In this document: positions 1 through 9,275 of the stretch, piece after piece
How the letters are laid out: each line of letters begins with the position of its first letter
Position numbering within the stretch: position 1 is the first letter of the stretch
Virus record (IMG/VR): IMGVR_UViG_3300012664_000222
Location: 1 to 27,037 of that record
Strand: one strand, 5' to 3'
DNA from: a virus
Lineage: Duplodnaviria > Caudoviricetes
DNA: 27,037 nt
Program-made: the position numbers and the translations under genes
Notes under the pieces: generated by a model
The model's database searches: none
What the model was told of the DNA's origin: nothing
The model's input: the letters and a program-made list of their open reading frames with translations, nothing else

Positions 1-278
1 TTGACCCAGTCGTCCCACATGCCCGGACGGCCCGCGTAGACCATGGACTCGCGCAGATGTTCCTCTTGCTGCTTGAGCTGCTCCAGCGCCATGAACTCTT
101 CCATGTCGGAGCGTTCTGCACCGCCTGCCGCTTTCTTGGTGGCCTTCTCTTGAATCTTGGCCTTGTTGTCAAAATAATCGAAGACGCGACCGCCGAGCGC
201 GGACAGCTCCTTGCCATTGGCAAGAGCCGCCTTTATGACGTTAAAAGCCGCGTTTGCGGCGGCGAGTTCCGCAAGCAT
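1..278 (-). CDS. Conserved phage hypothetical protein, runs off the left edge (MLAELAAANAAFNVIKAALANGKELS...GRPGMWDDWV)
   Basis: Hand-translated from ATG at 278; open to the window edge, so absent from the ORF track; co-oriented with the late operon. Confidence 0.75.
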   Translation of the reverse strand, partial: MLAELAAANAAFNVIKAALANGKELSALGGRVFDYFDNKAKIQEKATKKAAGGAERSDMEEFMALEQLKQQEEHLRESMVYAGRPGMWDDWV

Positions 279-304
279 GCGTCACCGTTTATCAGTACGC
301 CACA

Positions 305-553
305 TTACAGCAGGGCTGCAGGGGTGGCAGCCTTCAGTGCTTCTGGGGTTTGCGCATTCAGAATTGCTGGGTCTTGCGTGGCGTCGCGCAGGGCTTGTTT
401 TTTGGCAGCAACTTCGGCCTGTTTCACGGAATCCCCGGACTCAATGGCTCGCATCATCTGGGTGTCAAGCGCCGCCAGAAGCGGTTGTCGTTCGGTGCGG
501 ATCATGTCTTTTTTGATCTCGACCGCTTTTTGCATGTTGATTGTGATGGGCAT
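305..553 (-). CDS. Putative tail fibre assembly/chaperone protein (second of pair; MPITINMQKAVEIKK...)
   Basis: ATG at 553 lies 2 nt after the upstream stop; R..R.PLL..LD...A.E...KKQALRDAT pattern typical of tail-fibre assembly chaperones; downstream of a fibre gene. Confidence 0.65.
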   Translation of the reverse strand: MPITINMQKAVEIKKDMIRTERQPLLAALDTQMMRAIESGDSVKQAEVAAKKQALRDATQDPAILNAQTPEALKAATPAALL

Positions 554-555
554 GC

Positions 556-747
556 TTACTCCAGAGTCCAAGCGTTTCGGAAAGTGCGGTCAGCAGGGAT
601 TTCGCTCACATCAACAATTTGGTAAGCGGTGCCCGGCGGCACATCCTTGGCAGCAATTTGTTCAATCGTAAGCCCGCAATCTGGTGCAGGCACAATGACA
701 GCCACGCCGCCGTCGTTGGTTTGGTAAATGATTCGTTTATCGCTCAT
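556..747 (-). CDS. Putative tail fibre assembly protein (first of pair; MSDKRIIYQTNDGGVAVIVP...DRTFRNAW)
   Basis: ATG at 747 with AAGGAG RBS; immediately follows fibre gene; start corrected from the ORF track (918). Confidence 0.65.
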   Translation of the reverse strand: MSDKRIIYQTNDGGVAVIVPAPDCGLTIEQIAAKDVPPGTAYQIVDVSEIPADRTFRNAWTLE

Positions 748-770
748 GAGAATCTCCTTTGGGGAATGGT

Positions 771-2321
771 TTAACTGAAGACGGAAACACTCACCGTGTC
801 GGCATCCGAGGCACCGCCAGTCGTAGTGCCCGTAACAACCTGAAGACTTGATGCCAGCAGCGTCTTTGGGGCGATAAATACACCCGGATTTGTCTGGGTA
901 TCTACACGCCGAGAGCAAAAAGGCGCGTAGTTCGCATCGGGCATGTTCGCCGAAAAATTAACCGTATAGTCACCGGTCCCATTGTCCGTGATCGAAGTCA
1001 CGTTACCAGAATCACGAATGGCCACAGTGCCCGTGCCGTCGAAGTTCACCCACGCTCTGGCTAAATACCCCGGCGCAGACCCGTCTGGCAAGGGCACGTT
1101 GGCAGAGCCCAACGTAATGGACGAGACTGCCAGCGTGTTAGTGCTTGGGTTGTATGTAAAGTCTGCGGTTGTGGTGTCCATGAGCAACGAGTAATCACCC
1201 TCAACACCCGTAGTGGTGCCTGTGAATGGGACCTTGTATTTAAAGTTTCCCGCAGTTGTGCTTACGTGCACAGCGGTGGCCGTGACGTTGTTGGCCGTCA
1301 GTGTATCGGCCGTGATGTTGTTCACATTCAGCGTATTGGTGCTGGGGTTGTACGTGAAGGTCCCAGTGCTGTCTTGCAGCAGGCCATAGTTCCCGGTTGT
1401 GCTGGCTGTTGTGTTGGCAAATGGGATTTTGAACGCGCTGCTTGTAGCGGAAGTTGTTACCGTTGCGTTTGTGGCCGTTGTGGCCGTGCCGTCAAGATCG
1501 CCCACAATATTGTTTACGGTAAGCGTGGCGGTGAAAGGGTTGTATGTAAAAGTAGACCCCGGTTCGATCACAAGGCCGTATTGCCCCGCAGTGCTTGCGG
1601 TCGTACTTGTGTACGGAACTTTTAACGCTAAGTCAGGCGTAGACGCGCCCATGTTCACGGAATTTGAGTACCCCGAGTAGGTAGCAAAGCCTGCGTTGGT
1701 TGCGGTGGTTGCGTTGGTGGCGTTTGTTACTGCGGTGCTGCCAATCTGCGTAACAATGTCCGATGCAGAGGCCACGCTCAAAGCGGAGGAGCCGTTGCCC
1801 CGCAGCAGGCCCCCGGACGTGAACGAAGATGCCCCAGTTCCGCCATCGGCCACAGCCAAATCGGTAGCCAGCGTCAGGGATGACAGGTGGTTGTTCTGGA
1901 ACACAAAGTTGGTTCCGTCGGACCACACGGTGACGGTCTTGCCCGCAGGGATTGCCACACCCGTACCCGCCGCAGTTGTGTTACCAATCACGGTCGAGTT
2001 GTAGATCGTGGCGGTGTAGCTGCTGGCGTTGTAGATGGTGTACTGCTTGGAGGCAGGGGGAGCATACACGGCGAAGTTGGCACCCGTCGAGGTGGTCAGA
2101 GCGAGGTTTGCGTGCACGGACTGGTTGAGCGCCGCAGTGGCGGAGCCGCCGTTGATGTACGTCAGGGCTTGGTTGGCGGAAGCCACGGCCACAGAGATGT
2201 AACCAGCGATTGCCTGCTCGATCACATACGACAAGTTTGTGTTGGTCGTAGTCCCCCACGTACCGGCTTGGTCGCCGGTCGTGATGAGTTCGATCCGAAG
2301 GTCTGGTGAATAGCTGCTCAT
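771..2321 (-). CDS. Tail fibre protein 2 (516 aa)
   Basis: T/G/A/S/N-rich; three internal VP(F/Y)...FTYNP repeats; C-terminal ARAWVNFDGTGT...YTVNF tip domain; followed by chaperone genes. Confidence 0.8.
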   Translation of the reverse strand: MSSYSPDLRIELITTGDQAGTWGTTTNTNLSYVIEQAIAGYISVAVASANQALTYINGGSATAALNQSVHANLALTTSTGANFAVYAPPASKQYTIYNASSYTATIYNSTVIGNTTAAGTGVAIPAGKTVTVWSDGTNFVFQNNHLSSLTLATDLAVADGGTGASSFTSGGLLRGNGSSALSVASASDIVTQIGSTAVTNATNATTATNAGFATYSGYSNSVNMGASTPDLALKVPYTSTTASTAGQYGLVIEPGSTFTYNPFTATLTVNNIVGDLDGTATTATNATVTTSATSSAFKIPFANTTASTTGNYGLLQDSTGTFTYNPSTNTLNVNNITADTLTANNVTATAVHVSTTAGNFKYKVPFTGTTTGVEGDYSLLMDTTTADFTYNPSTNTLAVSSITLGSANVPLPDGSAPGYLARAWVNFDGTGTVAIRDSGNVTSITDNGTGDYTVNFSANMPDANYAPFCSRRVDTQTNPGVFIAPKTLLASSLQVVTGTTTGGASDADTVSVSVFS

Positions 2322-2346
2322 GGTGTGATCCTTGGTTGCCCGAATT

Positions 2347-2451
2347 TTACGCTTTAGGTGCTAACGCTGCTTTAATTTCTGCTGGCGTTGTTGCGGCGTC
2401 TACAGCGGCCTGCATGCTTGCGTCCGTTTGGTAGATGATTCGTTTGGTCAT
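2347..2451 (-). pseudogene. 34-codon internally deleted remnant of a fibre-chaperone gene pair (MTKRIIYQTDASMQAAVDAATTPAEIKAALAPKA)
   Basis: N-terminus KRIIYQT is identical to that of 556..747; C-terminus (AAVDAATTPAEIKAA) resembles the end of 305..553 (AILNAQTPEALKAA); same position after a fibre gene. Confidence 0.7.
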
Positions 2452-2460
2452 GTCTTTACC

Positions 2461-5433
2461 TTATCTAAAAACTGCCATATGTATCAGGCTCATGTCTGCC
2501 AACGCGCCTGCGTTTACGCCCGCCGAGAAGTTGCGAGTAAGAACGCCTACACCGGCTGTGGTTTGCGTACCGAACTGCGACGACCGCACGGTGACTGAGG
2601 TGCCTTCGTTGGCCACAGACAGCGCGACGTAGTTAGTGTCTGGCATGGCTGTTGTGAAGTTCACGGTATACGTTCCTGTGCCGCCATCGGTGATACTGGA
2701 CACGTTCCCGCTGGCGCGGATCGCTACGGTGCCTGTGCCGTTGAAGTTCACCCATGCCCGCGCACTGTACGAAGGGGCGCTTCCGCTTGCTGTGCTGAGC
2801 GCTGTAGCAGTAATAGCGCTAACTGCATTTGTGGCGGACGCTGCGTTTCCTGTACATGACCCGGAGGACCCGGAGACATTCCCAAGGACGTTCCCGACAA
2901 TGTTAGCGTACACATTTCCTACCGTTAGTACGTTGGAGCTTGGGTTGTAGGTGAAAGCAGCCGTCGAGTCCTGCAGCAGGCTGTAATTTCCGGTGGTGGC
3001 TACAGTTGATGCCGCAAACGGAATTACAAAAGCATTGCTTCCAGAGGTTGTTGTTACTGTAACGCCTGTGGCAACCGTGGCCGTGGTGGCTGTAGTGGCC
3101 GAAGACGCTGTACCCGTCAGGTTGGCAGTGATCGTACCCGCGCTGAAGTTGCCAGAGCCATCCCGCGCCACAACCTTGCCTGCTGTGTTTATCGGGGTGG
3201 CATCAACAGCCAACGTGCCGGTCGTTGTGATCGTGCCGCCAGTCAGGTAGGAGCCTGCCGCCACCGAAGTGACCGAACCGTTGCCCGTACCAGCGCCGAG
3301 GTTTGCCCGCGCAGTTGCCGCGTCAGTCGCACCGGTGCCTCCGTTGACGATTGCCAAAGTCCCGCTGATGTGTGTTGTCAGACCGATCTTGCCCCAAGCA
3401 GGGGCGGTGCCCACGCCGCCCGACAGCAGCGCGTTGCCGGAGGCTACACTCGCCAGCTTGTTGAGAAGTGTTGTCGTGCCCGCGTACAGCAAGTCGCCCA
3501 CAGCATAGGAAGACTGGCCAGTGCCGCCGAAAAGAGCAGCAACAGTGCCGCCATTCCAAGTCCCAGCAGCAAGAGTGCCGACGCCAGTAATCCCAGTGTA
3601 CGATCCGTTAAGACGCGCAACAGGGAGCGTTCCTGATGTGATGTTTGCTGCATTGGTTGTGTCCGTTGTTGCTGATGGTGCCAAACCCGAAACGTCCGCA
3701 GCAGCAATAGTGCCCCATGCGGGGGCTGCAGAAGCTGCACCGGTACCGGTCTGCACCAAGAAGGTTTTGGTTGTCGTGGTGTTGCCCGCCAGCTTGGCGA
3801 TTGTGTTGGCGGCAGACGAGTACAGCAGGTCGCCCAACGTGTAGGTTGTGAGCCCCGTACCGCCGTTTGTTGTTGGCAGGGTGCCAGACACCGCACCCGA
3901 CTGGTTCAAGGCAACTGCGTTCCACTCGACGTTTGTACCTCCGGCGTTCATCACCAAAGACTTGTACCCAGCGCCCGCAGCCAGCCGCCCCCATGTGTCA
4001 GTGCCCGAGCCGTACAGCAGATCGCCTGTTGCGACTGTGTTTGTGCCAGTTCCGCCATTGGTTGCGGCCACCACACCAGTAAGCGAAAGCGTGTTGCCCG
4101 TCAAGTTCAGTGGGGCAACGACGTTGTAGCTCGGCACTTGGCTGAACTCGGTGAACGAGATGGCTGTTGTGCCGAACACAATAATGTCTGTGTTATTGCA
4201 GATAAAGGCAAAATAGCCGAGCGTAGCGCCGCTCTGAACAAAAAAGTAGTCCCCACCACCAAGAGAGTTTGGGTCGCCTTCTGAGGACGTATCAGTGTCG
4301 GCCGAGCGGGTCAATACCCAGTTTGCTGCGCCACTTCCGACGGTTGTGACGACGTACACGCCGTTCTGTGTGCCTGTGGACTGTTGCCAGACAAGAACAC
4401 GGTCGTTCGTAGCCAAAGCCACACCATCAACGGAGAGCGCGACCTGTGTGCCGGAGTTGGTCAGGGTAGCCCCCACGCCCAAAGTGCCGTTGTTGTAAGT
4501 TGCTGTCAGGTTGCCTGTGGTGGCCACAAGCACAGGCTCGTGAACGTGGAAGCCGTTGGAGGTGGCGTTGTCCACGTACTGCTTTGTGGCAGCCTGCAGG
4601 GCCAACGTCGGGTCTGCGTCCAGCAGCACGGTGGACTGAAACTCCGCAGCGCCTGTGATGGTGGCTGTGCCCGCCACGGAAATGTCGCTGGCCAGCTCCA
4701 CGCTCTGGTCGGCTCCTTTGATCCGCACGGCCTCGTTGGCTGTGTCCACACCGCCCGCGAACAGCACAACGTCTTTACTGGCCGTCTGGTTGCCGATGAA
4801 GAAGTCGTCCCCGTCATGAAACACGTAGCCAGAACCGGGCGTGAACAGGGGGTAGTCAACCGACGAGTAGTTTGAGCTGTTGAGGCCCATGTCGGTGAAG
4901 TTGGTGAAGCCGTCTGTCGTGGCATCGTTGTACACCACAAAGTCAGCGGAAGCGGAGGAGCCGTCGCTTTGGTTCAGGTTGTACACCTGCCCGAACGAGT
5001 CCACGTTACCCACAAACTTGCCCAGCTCGGCCTCAAGAGAAGGGTTGACCGTGACGCCTTGGCCCAACACTGTGATGGGGCCGCCGTCAATGAGCGTCTG
5101 GCCATCGGGTTCTTCGTAAATCGCACGTTCGGCTGGGTATGTGACAAACACATCCTTAGCCCCAACTGAGAAGTTAACCAGTGTCCCCGCGTTGCTGGAC
5201 TCGAACACCACATCCCGCGACAAGTACCATGTGCCTGCAACCTGCGTAACAGTGCCCTTACCGACTTCCCACTCACTACCAGACTGCAGGGCAATCGTGT
5301 AGTACGTGATGTTTCCGTCACCAATGGCGCTGAAATCTTGATAGCCTGTTGCGGCGACGCCGAGCGTTGCCGCCCCCGTGCCGGTAACGCCAGAAGAAAC
5401 TTTTACTCGGTCTTTTAAAACAATGCTGGCCAT
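2461..5433 (-). CDS. Tail fibre protein 1 (990 aa)
   Basis: N-terminal LKDRVK..TGTG anchor-like region, ATKQYVD motif, repeated GGTG...GDLLY units, C-terminal ARAWVNFNGTGT tip domain. Confidence 0.85.
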   Translation of the reverse strand: MASIVLKDRVKVSSGVTGTGAATLGVAATGYQDFSAIGDGNITYYTIALQSGSEWEVGKGTVTQVAGTWYLSRDVVFESSNAGTLVNFSVGAKDVFVTYPAERAIYEEPDGQTLIDGGPITVLGQGVTVNPSLEAELGKFVGNVDSFGQVYNLNQSDGSSASADFVVYNDATTDGFTNFTDMGLNSSNYSSVDYPLFTPGSGYVFHDGDDFFIGNQTASKDVVLFAGGVDTANEAVRIKGADQSVELASDISVAGTATITGAAEFQSTVLLDADPTLALQAATKQYVDNATSNGFHVHEPVLVATTGNLTATYNNGTLGVGATLTNSGTQVALSVDGVALATNDRVLVWQQSTGTQNGVYVVTTVGSGAANWVLTRSADTDTSSEGDPNSLGGGDYFFVQSGATLGYFAFICNNTDIIVFGTTAISFTEFSQVPSYNVVAPLNLTGNTLSLTGVVAATNGGTGTNTVATGDLLYGSGTDTWGRLAAGAGYKSLVMNAGGTNVEWNAVALNQSGAVSGTLPTTNGGTGLTTYTLGDLLYSSAANTIAKLAGNTTTTKTFLVQTGTGAASAAPAWGTIAAADVSGLAPSATTDTTNAANITSGTLPVARLNGSYTGITGVGTLAAGTWNGGTVAALFGGTGQSSYAVGDLLYAGTTTLLNKLASVASGNALLSGGVGTAPAWGKIGLTTHISGTLAIVNGGTGATDAATARANLGAGTGNGSVTSVAAGSYLTGGTITTTGTLAVDATPINTAGKVVARDGSGNFSAGTITANLTGTASSATTATTATVATGVTVTTTSGSNAFVIPFAASTVATTGNYSLLQDSTAAFTYNPSSNVLTVGNVYANIVGNVLGNVSGSSGSCTGNAASATNAVSAITATALSTASGSAPSYSARAWVNFNGTGTVAIRASGNVSSITDGGTGTYTVNFTTAMPDTNYVALSVANEGTSVTVRSSQFGTQTTAGVGVLTRNFSAGVNAGALADMSLIHMAVFR

Positions 5434-5442
5434 TTGTGCCTC

Positions 5443-6123
5443 TTATGACTGCGTTTTCACGGGGTTCCATGGGGCGCTCTGACTAGCATCAGTAACCCCC
5501 CAAGCATTTGCTTGGCTGGCATTGACGGCAGACCAAGCCGACGACTGGCTGGCATTTATTGTGCCCCATGTTGAAGCCTGACTGTCGTTGACCCCACCCC
5601 AACTGCCTGATTGCGAGTCGTTGATGGTCTCCCAAAGGAAGCCGCCAATGATTTGGTCGATGGCCGTGGCACTACCGGTGATGGTAGCGAAAAACACAGC
5701 GCTTGCCAAGAACGTGTCTACGATACCTACTTCCTCAAGCACCTGTGCATTAAACACGGAAGCGGCAACCGACACACTCGAATCGCCAAAAACCGAGTCC
5801 TCGACCTGCACGGCAAAATCGACGCTTGTGGCTATATCGTCTGAAGCTGCAGCGGACTCGTCAAGCGATGTGTTGAAAATGGCTGCAAGCGACAAGTCTG
5901 CTGTCGCTGCTGCAGTTTCGTCGGCGGTAGCGCTAAACGTAGAGGCGACAACCTGCGCAACATCTGCGCCAACCACAGTATCCGCCTGAGTTGCAAGGAA
6001 CGCCGCAAATGCCGAAACAAACTGGGATGCGGCCGCCGCCTCATCAAGGATGGCGTCGTATGCTACGCCAAACTCACCAGTTGCCCCCAGTGGGGCCGCA
6101 GACAGTGGCGCGAACCCGAGCAC
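5443..6123 (-). CDS. Virion structural protein, Ala/Ser/Asp-rich with C-terminal 11-aa Trp repeats
   Basis: 226 aa, MLGFAPLS..PL start, located between tail genes. Confidence 0.65.
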   Translation of the reverse strand: MLGFAPLSAAPLGATGEFGVAYDAILDEAAAASQFVSAFAAFLATQADTVVGADVAQVVASTFSATADETAAATADLSLAAIFNTSLDESAAASDDIATSVDFAVQVEDSVFGDSSVSVAASVFNAQVLEEVGIVDTFLASAVFFATITGSATAIDQIIGGFLWETINDSQSGSWGGVNDSQASTWGTINASQSSAWSAVNASQANAWGVTDASQSAPWNPVKTQS

Positions 6124-6135
6124 TGGGAGTGGCCT

Positions 6136-6714
6136 TTAAGCTGCGTCGAGGCTGAAGGTGTATGTGACGTTCAGCGTGTCACCAGACACCACAGTGCGGT
6201 CGCCGGGAGACTGGAAGTCCGCCTCAGAGAACAACACACCGGAAGTGCCGCTGGCCACTGTGCACAGGAACGCCCCAGCTACCACGCCCCCAGCGCCTGT
6301 GATTGAAAAAGACGACGGCGAAGCGCTGTTGCTGATGACGGATGGATCAGCCGTGGATGCCGTACCAAACGTGATGGCCTTGCGGGAACCCGAGTAGTCG
6401 GTGTATTCAGTCCAACCAGCGTGAGAAGCAAGTGTGTCGGCCGCAGCGTACGCGGTGCCGGAACCGGGGCCAGCCACCAAACCGAGGTAGAACGCGGCCG
6501 TGTAGGTTGAACCCTTGAAATACTGGGTGTTCATGTCCTGCAGGCCCTCGTTGACCACGAGGTTGTGCATGCTGTCTTCCCACTTCATGTTGCCGTCTTT
6601 GTCGAGGCACTGAACGTGGTACACGCCGCCACCCTGAGCGGCAGAACCAAAACCTGTTTTTGCAACCAAGCCTGCGGATGCAGCATCACCGGACTGCGCT
6701 TTTTCGTTGAACAT
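6136..6714 (-). CDS. Putative tail/fibre-associated structural protein (192 aa)
   Basis: NLVVNEG and GDTLNVTY motifs, beta-rich, in tail cluster. Confidence 0.65.
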   Translation of the reverse strand: MFNEKAQSGDAASAGLVAKTGFGSAAQGGGVYHVQCLDKDGNMKWEDSMHNLVVNEGLQDMNTQYFKGSTYTAAFYLGLVAGPGSGTAYAAADTLASHAGWTEYTDYSGSRKAITFGTASTADPSVISNSASPSSFSITGAGGVVAGAFLCTVASGTSGVLFSEADFQSPGDRTVVSGDTLNVTYTFSLDAA

Positions 6715-6725
6715 CTCAAACCCCT

Positions 6726-7142
6726 TCAGGAGATACGGATCAGCGCACTGGTCGCTGTGTTGGCGGGCATCTGCACCGTGAATGTTGTCGTGGCGGTTTT
6801 ATCCGACCCGAAGTCCAACACCGCAATAGCCTTGTTGCTCTTGCTGGCATTGTAAATGAGGGCACCACGCGCTGTGAATACGGCTGGGTCCCATGACGGG
6901 TCGGCAAAGTCCACGTACGCTGTGGTGCCAGAAGTCAGCACCGTCACACCAGTCAGCGTCTCTCCACCCGCCGTGTAACCGGTACCCGAGGTCTCGCCCG
7001 TTGTGGTGTACACAGTGGTGGCTGCGCCAAGGCTGGCCGTGGCCAAGTACAGCGCCATCTTGATCTCGTCCGTCTCAAGGTCGTGCACCCCAAGCAGGAT
7101 GTCCTGCTTGAAGCTCGTGGTGAGTGTTTGCTCAAACGCCAT
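6726..7142 (-). CDS. Putative tail/fibre-associated structural protein (138 aa)
   Basis: TSFKQDIL.G.H, GYTAGG and ARGALIYN..VLDFG.DK motifs; tight operon spacing. Confidence 0.7.
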   Translation of the reverse strand: MAFEQTLTTSFKQDILLGVHDLETDEIKMALYLATASLGAATTVYTTTGETSGTGYTAGGETLTGVTVLTSGTTAYVDFADPSWDPAVFTARGALIYNASKSNKAIAVLDFGSDKTATTTFTVQMPANTATSALIRIS

Positions 7143-7143
7143 A

Positions 7144-7818
7144 TCAGTTCACCGGTTGTCTGTATTGGCCAGAACGGTACGCGTCCTGACGCTCCATGCC
7201 ATCGCCCAGACGTTTTGCCAGACCCAAGGCTTCGGTGTACTTGGTGTTGTACAACTGAACCATGTCGGCTTCGCCCTTCATGAACGTAACCGCCTCAACC
7301 AGTGCGCCGTACAGCAGCACGGAGTCAAAGTTGTCACCCAACCAAGTCTCGCCAGCAGTGACGATCGACTCGGGGTAGTAGTAATAGTGCAGCTCAACAG
7401 AGTACACAGCGCCGGGCGTTGGGCCAAGAATCAACGACAGCTCGTTCAGGATGACGGGCGTTGCATCGTTCGTGGTTGTGGGGCCGAACAGCGCGTAGTA
7501 TTTGGGGATGCCGGTGCTCGTCGGAGTTGGGTACGCCTGACGGATGAAGTTGACATCCTTGTTGAGCAAGAACTCGTACGCGCCCGTGCTGTCAATGACC
7601 GCCAAGGAGTACACCGCCAAGAAATCTTGCGGGGTGGACAGGTATTTGTTGTTGGTCGATGTGGAGCCCGTCACGTTCTTGCGCAACGAAGGGAACTGCA
7701 CCGTGTTGTAGATACGCTGCTCCGCCTGCTTGACGAACACCGGGATGTTGTCAATGAAGTCTTGGTCGAAGTTCTGCGTGTAATCGCAGATCGCAGCGGT
7801 CAACTGGGTGTAGTTCAT
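7144..7818 (-). CDS. Putative head-tail adaptor/connector protein (224 aa)
   Basis: MNY.QL...I.DY start, G.PKYY, LGPTP, LLYGALVEA..FMKG motifs resemble podovirus adaptor-type proteins; synteny. Confidence 0.6.
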   Translation of the reverse strand: MNYTQLTAAICDYTQNFDQDFIDNIPVFVKQAEQRIYNTVQFPSLRKNVTGSTSTNNKYLSTPQDFLAVYSLAVIDSTGAYEFLLNKDVNFIRQAYPTPTSTGIPKYYALFGPTTTNDATPVILNELSLILGPTPGAVYSVELHYYYYPESIVTAGETWLGDNFDSVLLYGALVEAVTFMKGEADMVQLYNTKYTEALGLAKRLGDGMERQDAYRSGQYRQPVN

Positions 7819-7825
7819 GTTCGTA

Positions 7826-8026
7826 TCAGGCCATTGGGCCGCGAGCCATCACGCCGCGAGTAGCAGCGCCTGTGCCACGGATTTTAATGCCGGAAGTCTT
7901 GGTGCCGGGGTACTCATTGCTGTGGTTGCTTGCCACGGACACGTTTGTGTCTTGCATGTGCTTCATGGCGTTGTCTTTTTTCAACACGGCAGGTTTGGCG
8001 GATTTGGGTTGCTTGTACGTGGCCAT
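7826..8026 (-). CDS. Small basic hypothetical protein (66 aa)
   Basis: AAGGAG RBS; ends KIRGTGAATRGVMARGPMA. Confidence 0.7.
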   Translation of the reverse strand: MATYKQPKSAKPAVLKKDNAMKHMQDTNVSVASNHSNEYPGTKTSGIKIRGTGAATRGVMARGPMA

Positions 8027-8036
8027 GGCAGGCTCC

Positions 8037-8426
8037 TTATGTTGTTACGATTGTCACTTGGCCGACAGCAGTAGTCAACACCAAGTAGTTTGGGGTCAGC
8101 CCGTCGTCGTAGGCACGCGAGCCGCCGACAGGGTTCCATCCCCACTGGATGTCCCGAGAGCCGCCGGTATTGAAACCATCCGGCCCTACGCCTGCTGTGA
8201 CATACGTTGTGTCCCGACGTGGGTTGCGCACCGCTTGCGGGTCGTCCACCGGGTACATGCCAAGCTGCAACTGCGGCTGATCTGGGTCCCAGCACGAGTC
8301 GCACACAAGGATGTTGACCTGTTTGGTCTTGATGATTTCCTTGCGCAGCTCGGTCAGTTTGAACTGAAAGCCACAACGGTCGCACATGGCGATCGAGTTC
8401 TTGGCGCTGGCAAACCGGTTTCCCAT
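8037..8426 (-). CDS. Hypothetical protein with CxxC...CxxC (probable Zn-binding), 129 aa
   Basis: CDRC and CDSC motifs; abuts the upstream gene. Confidence 0.75.
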   Translation of the reverse strand: MGNRFASAKNSIAMCDRCGFQFKLTELRKEIIKTKQVNILVCDSCWDPDQPQLQLGMYPVDDPQAVRNPRRDTTYVTAGVGPDGFNTGGSRDIQWGWNPVGGSRAYDDGLTPNYLVLTTAVGQVTIVTT

Positions 8427-9125
8427 TTAGGTGCCGCTTCCGATGTACTGGCGACGGGGCACAAAACGTACCGCTGCCTTCTCCCGGTCTTCGCTGGCGG
8501 CCAAGTCCCAAGCCTCGTCGTACTGCTGCTTGAGTATGCCCAAGCGCTCTGTGCCACCGGGCACTTTCAGCGCCAAGTAGTAGGACAAGCCTGCGACCAT
8601 GCAGGGGATGAACCGGAACGGCATGTCCATGGTGTTCACACCCTCGCCCGCGTTTTGGATGCGACGCAAGCGCCAGTACACGAACGTGTAGGGCTGGCTG
8701 TCATCAGGAACTGGCCAGACGGTGATCCGGGGCGTGTTCAAGCGCTCAATCCAGACCTGAATTGGCCGGGCTTGCTGCAACTTGTTGGGGATCGTCGCGT
8801 AGGTTGAGACGCTGATCCGGGTGATGGTCAGGTCTGCCTGTGTCGCTGCGCTGCCTGAGCCCGTGCGGATGACATGCTCCAGCAGGTCGACAGTGTCTTC
8901 CGGCAGGCTGTATGTGGCCGTGCCTGCCACCAACGGGATCGAGCCTTGCTCGAACGTCCACATGTTGATGCCACGGTTGGCCCAGTCAGCAAACATCAAG
9001 TTCAACGACCGACGCGCTGTGCGCAGGTCGTAGCCCGTACGCATCTCACCGCCGACGCGCTCAAACGCTTCCTCGACGATCTCAGTGAGGTCGAGGTTGA
9101 AATTGGAGACGCCTGATGTTGCCAT
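8427..9125 (-). CDS. Putative head-completion/tail adaptor protein (232 aa)
   Basis: EEAFER.G...GYDLRTARRSLNL...WANRG, WPVPD and P.RF.PCMVAGL motifs; synteny. Confidence 0.6.
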   Translation of the reverse strand: MATSGVSNFNLDLTEIVEEAFERVGGEMRTGYDLRTARRSLNLMFADWANRGINMWTFEQGSIPLVAGTATYSLPEDTVDLLEHVIRTGSGSAATQADLTITRISVSTYATIPNKLQQARPIQVWIERLNTPRITVWPVPDDSQPYTFVYWRLRRIQNAGEGVNTMDMPFRFIPCMVAGLSYYLALKVPGGTERLGILKQQYDEAWDLAASEDREKAAVRFVPRRQYIGSGT

Positions 9126-9128
9126 GGT

Positions 9129-9275
9129 TTACTTCTTCGGTGCGCAGGCGCAGGGCTTCACAGCCCCACCGCGTTTGTACACAGTGACCTTGTTCGGATC
9201 ATCCTTGCGGGTGATCGTCTTGGCCTTTGGCATTTTGGAGGGGGCGATTGCCCCCATGCCTCGACTTGCGATCAT
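9129..9275 (-). CDS. Small basic hypothetical protein (MIASRGMGAI..., 48 aa)
   Basis: ATG at 9275 overlaps the upstream stop (ATGA). Confidence 0.6.
   Translation of the reverse strand: MIASRGMGAIAPSKMPKAKTITRKDDPNKVTVYKRGGAVKPCACAPKK

Noticed and set aside
305-747. Programmed frameshift joining the two chaperone ORFs
   Set aside because: No slippery heptamer at the junction; the second ORF has its own ATG preceded by GGAG
771-2790. Diversity-generating retroelement acting on the fibre tips
   Set aside because: The similar regions are both coding, differences are mostly synonymous and not adenine-specific, and no reverse transcriptase or template repeat is in the window
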